Of a DNA stretch of 28,206 nt, positions 25,399 to 28,206 are shown piece after piece. The notes below the pieces were generated by a model. That model was not told the origin of the DNA and ran no database searches. It saw only the letters and a program-made list of their open reading frames with translations. Numbering within the stretch: the first letter of the stretch is position 1; every line of letters begins with the position of its first letter. The DNA comes from Candidatus Woesearchaeota archaeon. GTDB taxonomy: Archaea > Nanobdellota > Nanobdellia > CAZVOT01. The stretch spans positions 1-28,206 of the forward strand of contig CAZVOT010000001.1 of assembly GCA_964628775.1 (NCBI GenBank). The letters are read 5' to 3'. The translations under genes were made by a program, and so were the position numbers.

Positions 25399-26072
25399 TT
25401 CTTGTCCGTTCTAAGTTTCCGGGAGGTATAGGGGCAGTTTTCAGAATAATAGCAAATTTCGGAATTAATAAATTAATTCTTGTAAATCCTTCATGTGATT
25501 ACTTATCAGAAGAATCAAGGAGATTTGCAAAGAATTCACAGGACATTCTTCTAAATGCTGAAATTGTTTCAAGTTTAGATGAAATTAAGAATGTTATTTT
25601 AATCGGAACAACTGGAAAAACAGGTTTTTTTGATAATATTTTAAGATTTTATCTGACTCCAAAAGAGCTTGCATTAGATCTAAATAAAGATTCTAAAATA
25701 GGACTTGTATTTGGAAATGAAGAATCAGGACTTTCTAAATATGAAATTGAAAAATGCAGTTTTTTAGTTCATATTCCAGCAGGTAAAGGGTATCCTGTTC
25801 TAAATATATCCCACTCAACAGCAATAATCATTTATGAATTTTTTAATTCTAATTATGAAAAAAGAAAAACAGCAGATAAAAAGGAACTTGAGAGTGTTTC
25901 TTTTATGATTGATAAAATATCTGAAAAAATTTGCATAAATAATACTGAAAAAAAAGTTTTAAATAATATACTAAACAGGGCTGTAATCCAGAAATTGGAA
26001 GCAAGAACCTTGGCTGGTTTTTTTTCAAAAATACTTAAAAAAATTCAGTTTGAAAAGAGAAGTGAGAGATGA
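25383..26072 (+). CDS. trmJ: SPOUT RNA 2'-O-methyltransferase, TrmJ/TrmH family
   Basis: VILVRSKFPGGIGAVFR...FG, LVFGNEESGL, YPVLNISHS. Confidence 0.8.
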   Translation: MEAEVILVRSKFPGGIGAVFRIIANFGINKLILVNPSCDYLSEESRRFAKNSQDILLNAEIVSSLDEIKNVILIGTTGKTGFFDNILRFYLTPKELALDLNKDSKIGLVFGNEESGLSKYEIEKCSFLVHIPAGKGYPVLNISHSTAIIIYEFFNSNYEKRKTADKKELESVSFMIDKISEKICINNTEKKVLNNILNRAVIQKLEARTLAGFFSKILKKIQFEKRSER

Positions 26073-26254
26073 AAAACTGGAATCAATGCCAATGCTCCAA
26101 TGAATGTTGCATAATAGCAGATTTCCAAGTCCTTTTGGTACTTTTCAAGTGTATATGGTTTTTTTATTTCTTGTTTTGGCAGATGAGATTCTAATGATTG
26201 AGGTGCAGATTTTTTTGAGAAACTTTTACTTTCAATTAATTCATCAATAACCAT
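26045..26254 (-). CDS. Small hypothetical protein with C-terminal TM helix
   Basis: ATG start, hydrophobic C-terminus, downstream of the SPFH gene; overlaps the trmJ end by 28 nt. Confidence 0.45.
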   Translation of the reverse strand: MVIDELIESKSFSKKSAPQSLESHLPKQEIKKPYTLEKYQKDLEICYYATFIGALALIPVFHLSLLFSN

Positions 26255-26292
26255 AGCAAATATGGAGTTGTTAAATTTTATAAAGATACTGT

Positions 26293-27186
26293 TTATTTGG
26301 ATTCAAGAATTTTGTTTTTTACTGCATTTATTGCTTCATTAATATTTACTCCGCCAATATTTCCGCCAATTGATTTTCCCACATTTTCAATTACATTGAA
26401 AAATTCTGCTGGGAAAAGAATCTTTGTTGCCTGTCCTTGTCCTATTTGTTCCAATGCTTTTATGTAGATGTATGCAATGGCATTTTGATTTAATGATTCT
26501 CCGGCTTTACCTATTGCTTCAATAAGAACTTTTTTTGCTTCTGCATTGAATACCTGCGCCTGCATCATTTCTTTTGCTATTGTTTTTTCTTTCATTGCAT
26601 TTACTATTTCCTGACTAGGACGGACTCCTTGAATTTGAACCATTGAAATATTAACGCCCCATTTCCAAGTTTCGTGCCTTATTACATCTGTTAGTAAGTC
26701 ATTTAATTTCTCTAAGTTGGCGAATAATTCTCTCATTTTTAAAGTTCCAATTATATTTCTAACTTCGCTGTTTACCATATTTATTATTCCAAGCTGATAA
26801 TTCTCAATCTGGAGCATTGCTTTTGTCGGATCTTCTACTTTATAATAAACAAAACCAGATAGTCCAATTTCTAAATCATCATTTGTAAATGCGCTTGGGA
26901 CATTAAGAGCCATCATTTTTACTCTTACATCAATTTTTGCAAATTCTTTTTCAATAAAAGGCAAAACAACACTCCAACCTGGACCTGCTACTCTGCTGTA
27001 TCTGCCCATTCTGAAAATAATTCCTCTTTCGTATTCATCATATTTTCTTATGAAATACCTGAAAAATATTAAGAATCCGAATAAACCCAGTATTCCGTAT
27101 AAAATATACCTAAATACTGGAAAGAATTGAAATAAATAGTATAATCCTATAATTACAACTGCAATTAACATTAATTCTGCAACCAC
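26293..27186 (-). CDS. SPFH/Band 7 (stomatin-like) membrane protein
   Basis: Two N-terminal TM helices, EYERGIIFRMGR...GPG...PFIE, DVRV, VEDP.KA, RNIIG, WGV, AEAKK. Confidence 0.9.
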   Translation of the reverse strand: MVAELMLIAVVIIGLYYLFQFFPVFRYILYGILGLFGFLIFFRYFIRKYDEYERGIIFRMGRYSRVAGPGWSVVLPFIEKEFAKIDVRVKMMALNVPSAFTNDDLEIGLSGFVYYKVEDPTKAMLQIENYQLGIINMVNSEVRNIIGTLKMRELFANLEKLNDLLTDVIRHETWKWGVNISMVQIQGVRPSQEIVNAMKEKTIAKEMMQAQVFNAEAKKVLIEAIGKAGESLNQNAIAYIYIKALEQIGQGQATKILFPAEFFNVIENVGKSIGGNIGGVNINEAINAVKNKILESK

Positions 27187-27254
27187 ATTAAATTACCAGC
27201 ATATTATAATTAAAAATGTTATGGAAATTTAGAAGCATTTTTAAAAAATAAAAA

Positions 27255-27407
27255 TTAAAAATTAAATTGTTTCATTTCTGCTGAATTTTGTTTTACACTT
27301 CGCCAATTTTTTAAGCAGTTTGTGCATACTCCATATCTAACTAATATACTTGGGAAAAATTTATTGCAGTATTTGCATTTTGATTTATATCCTCTTAGTT
27401 TTATCAT
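27255..27407 (-). CDS. Zn-ribbon-like microprotein, 50 aa (not in ORF track)
   Basis: MIKLRGYKSKCKYCNKFFPSILVRYGVCTNCLKNWRSVKQNSAEMKQFNF*; CxxC-x13-CxxC; GAGGTG SD 7 nt upstream; T-rich tract downstream. Confidence 0.7.
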   Translation of the reverse strand: MIKLRGYKSKCKYCNKFFPSILVRYGVCTNCLKNWRSVKQNSAEMKQFNF

Positions 27408-27525
27408 TTTGATGCACCTCTAGCAAATCTATGGCAGTACACATTTATAAATGTTTAACTTTAAGGTAGTAACTATTTTATGGAATCATAAAAAGATATA
27501 AATTCTTTATTGATTAATTAAAAGT

Positions 27526-27726
27526 ATGACTGCAATTGTTAATAAATCAAAATGCACTGGAAACGCTGTTTGTGTCAGTGTTTGTCCTGTAAATGCAATT
27601 AAACTTGTAAAAGGGAAAGCAGAAGTTGATGCAAATTTATGCATATCTTGCGGAGCCTGCGAAGCGGCGTGTCCAAATAATAAAAACGCCAAAACAAACA
27701 AGGATAAAGCCATTTATTTAGAGTAA
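27526..27726 (+). CDS. fdx: Dicluster-type ferredoxin
   Basis: CTGNAVCVSVCP and CISCGACEAACP. Confidence 0.88.
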   Translation: MTAIVNKSKCTGNAVCVSVCPVNAIKLVKGKAEVDANLCISCGACEAACPNNKNAKTNKDKAIYLE

Positions 27727-27761
27727 TTATGCTCTTTTTTAAGCTAAAAAAGAAATTTTAA

Positions 27762-28055
27762 CTATTTATGTCCCATAAAAGTTAGAAAATCTCTGAAATT
27801 GTTCTTTTTTGCTTCAATTTCAGTTTTTCCTTCTCTTGTTATTCTGTATGCTTTGTTAAAACCTGACATTAACGGAACATCCATACTTATTATAAACTTC
27901 TTTCTTTCAAGAGAATCAAGAGAAAATACAAATTTATCAGCAGGAATATTCTCTTTTAACCTTTCTTTTAATTCTCTTAGAATCATAGAACCGTGAATAG
28001 TTTTTTCTTCTAGGGTTTTTAGAATTGCAAAATCGAGATAATCTTTGTCTTCCAT
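27762..28055 (-). CDS. PadR-like winged-helix transcriptional regulator
   Basis: LDFAILKTL...HGSMI..EL...L..LERKKFI...KAYRITREG. Likely start ATG 28055. Confidence 0.75.
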   Translation of the reverse strand: MEDKDYLDFAILKTLEEKTIHGSMILRELKERLKENIPADKFVFSLDSLERKKFIISMDVPLMSGFNKAYRITREGKTEIEAKKNNFRDFLTFMGHK

Positions 28056-28079
28056 TAGGATAATAACTAATAAAGCAGA

Positions 28080-28206
28080 AGTTAAAAATCTTTTTGAAAT
28101 GGATGAGAGATTTTTAAAAATCAAAATTTAGGTTTGTGAAGTATTTTGATCAGTTAAAAATCTTTTTGAAATGGATGAGAGATTTTTAAAAATCAAAATT
28201 TAGGTT
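28080..28206. repeat. 55-bp direct repeat with 72-bp period, running off the window end
   Basis: 28080-28134 equals 28152-28206; non-coding in all six frames across the unit; contains the palindrome GATTTTTAAAAATC. Confidence 0.9.

Noticed and set aside
1125-27996. Many antisense or alternate-frame ORFs in the track (e.g. 1125-1349, 4645-5070, 8418-8789, 9846-10187, 19036-19380, 22067-22450, 27507-27713)
   Set aside because: They fully overlap well-supported genes, are Phe/Leu/Ser-rich shadows of Lys/Glu-rich coding strands, and show no motifs.
28080-28206. CRISPR array
   Set aside because: A 55-nt repeat with a 17-nt gap is outside CRISPR dimensions, only two copies are visible, and no cas genes are adjacent.
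1-28206. tRNA, rRNA or structured ncRNA genes
   Set aside because: All intergenic gaps are short and AT-rich with no GC-rich stems or T-loop motif seen; tRNAscan-SE/Infernal would be needed to exclude small RNAs.

Overview
AT-rich, gene-dense archaeal DNA (eS17, uL16/L10e, Alba, Nob1, XPD, archaeal PRC-barrel). It is most likely from a small-genome DPANN-type archaeon, though that is an inference from gene content and composition. Standard code 11 fits; I saw no rRNA, tRNA or CRISPR array. The most unusual region is 10.3-16.0 kb. It holds a classical lower mevalonate trio (PMK, MVD, and a mevalonate kinase with altered catalytic motifs) bracketed by two direct copies of a Nudix-gene segment with a 412-bp identical core. 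Next to it is a bacterial-type glycerol-3-phosphate dehydrogenase (gpsA). Other highlights: a PEP synthase with a 420-aa LAGLIDADG intein ending Ser-Asn; a HEPN-like/MNT pair with an extra C-terminal domain; a hicB-hicA pair whose toxin has an in-frame stop (absent from the ORF track); an unknown-PIN-enolase operon; a kinase/pseudophosphatase pair; an intact plus degenerate site-2 protease pair; an unannotated Zn-ribbon microprotein; a Cys-to-Asn ferredoxin; and a palindromic 55-bp repeat at the window end. All family calls come from motif recognition by eye; no searches were run.
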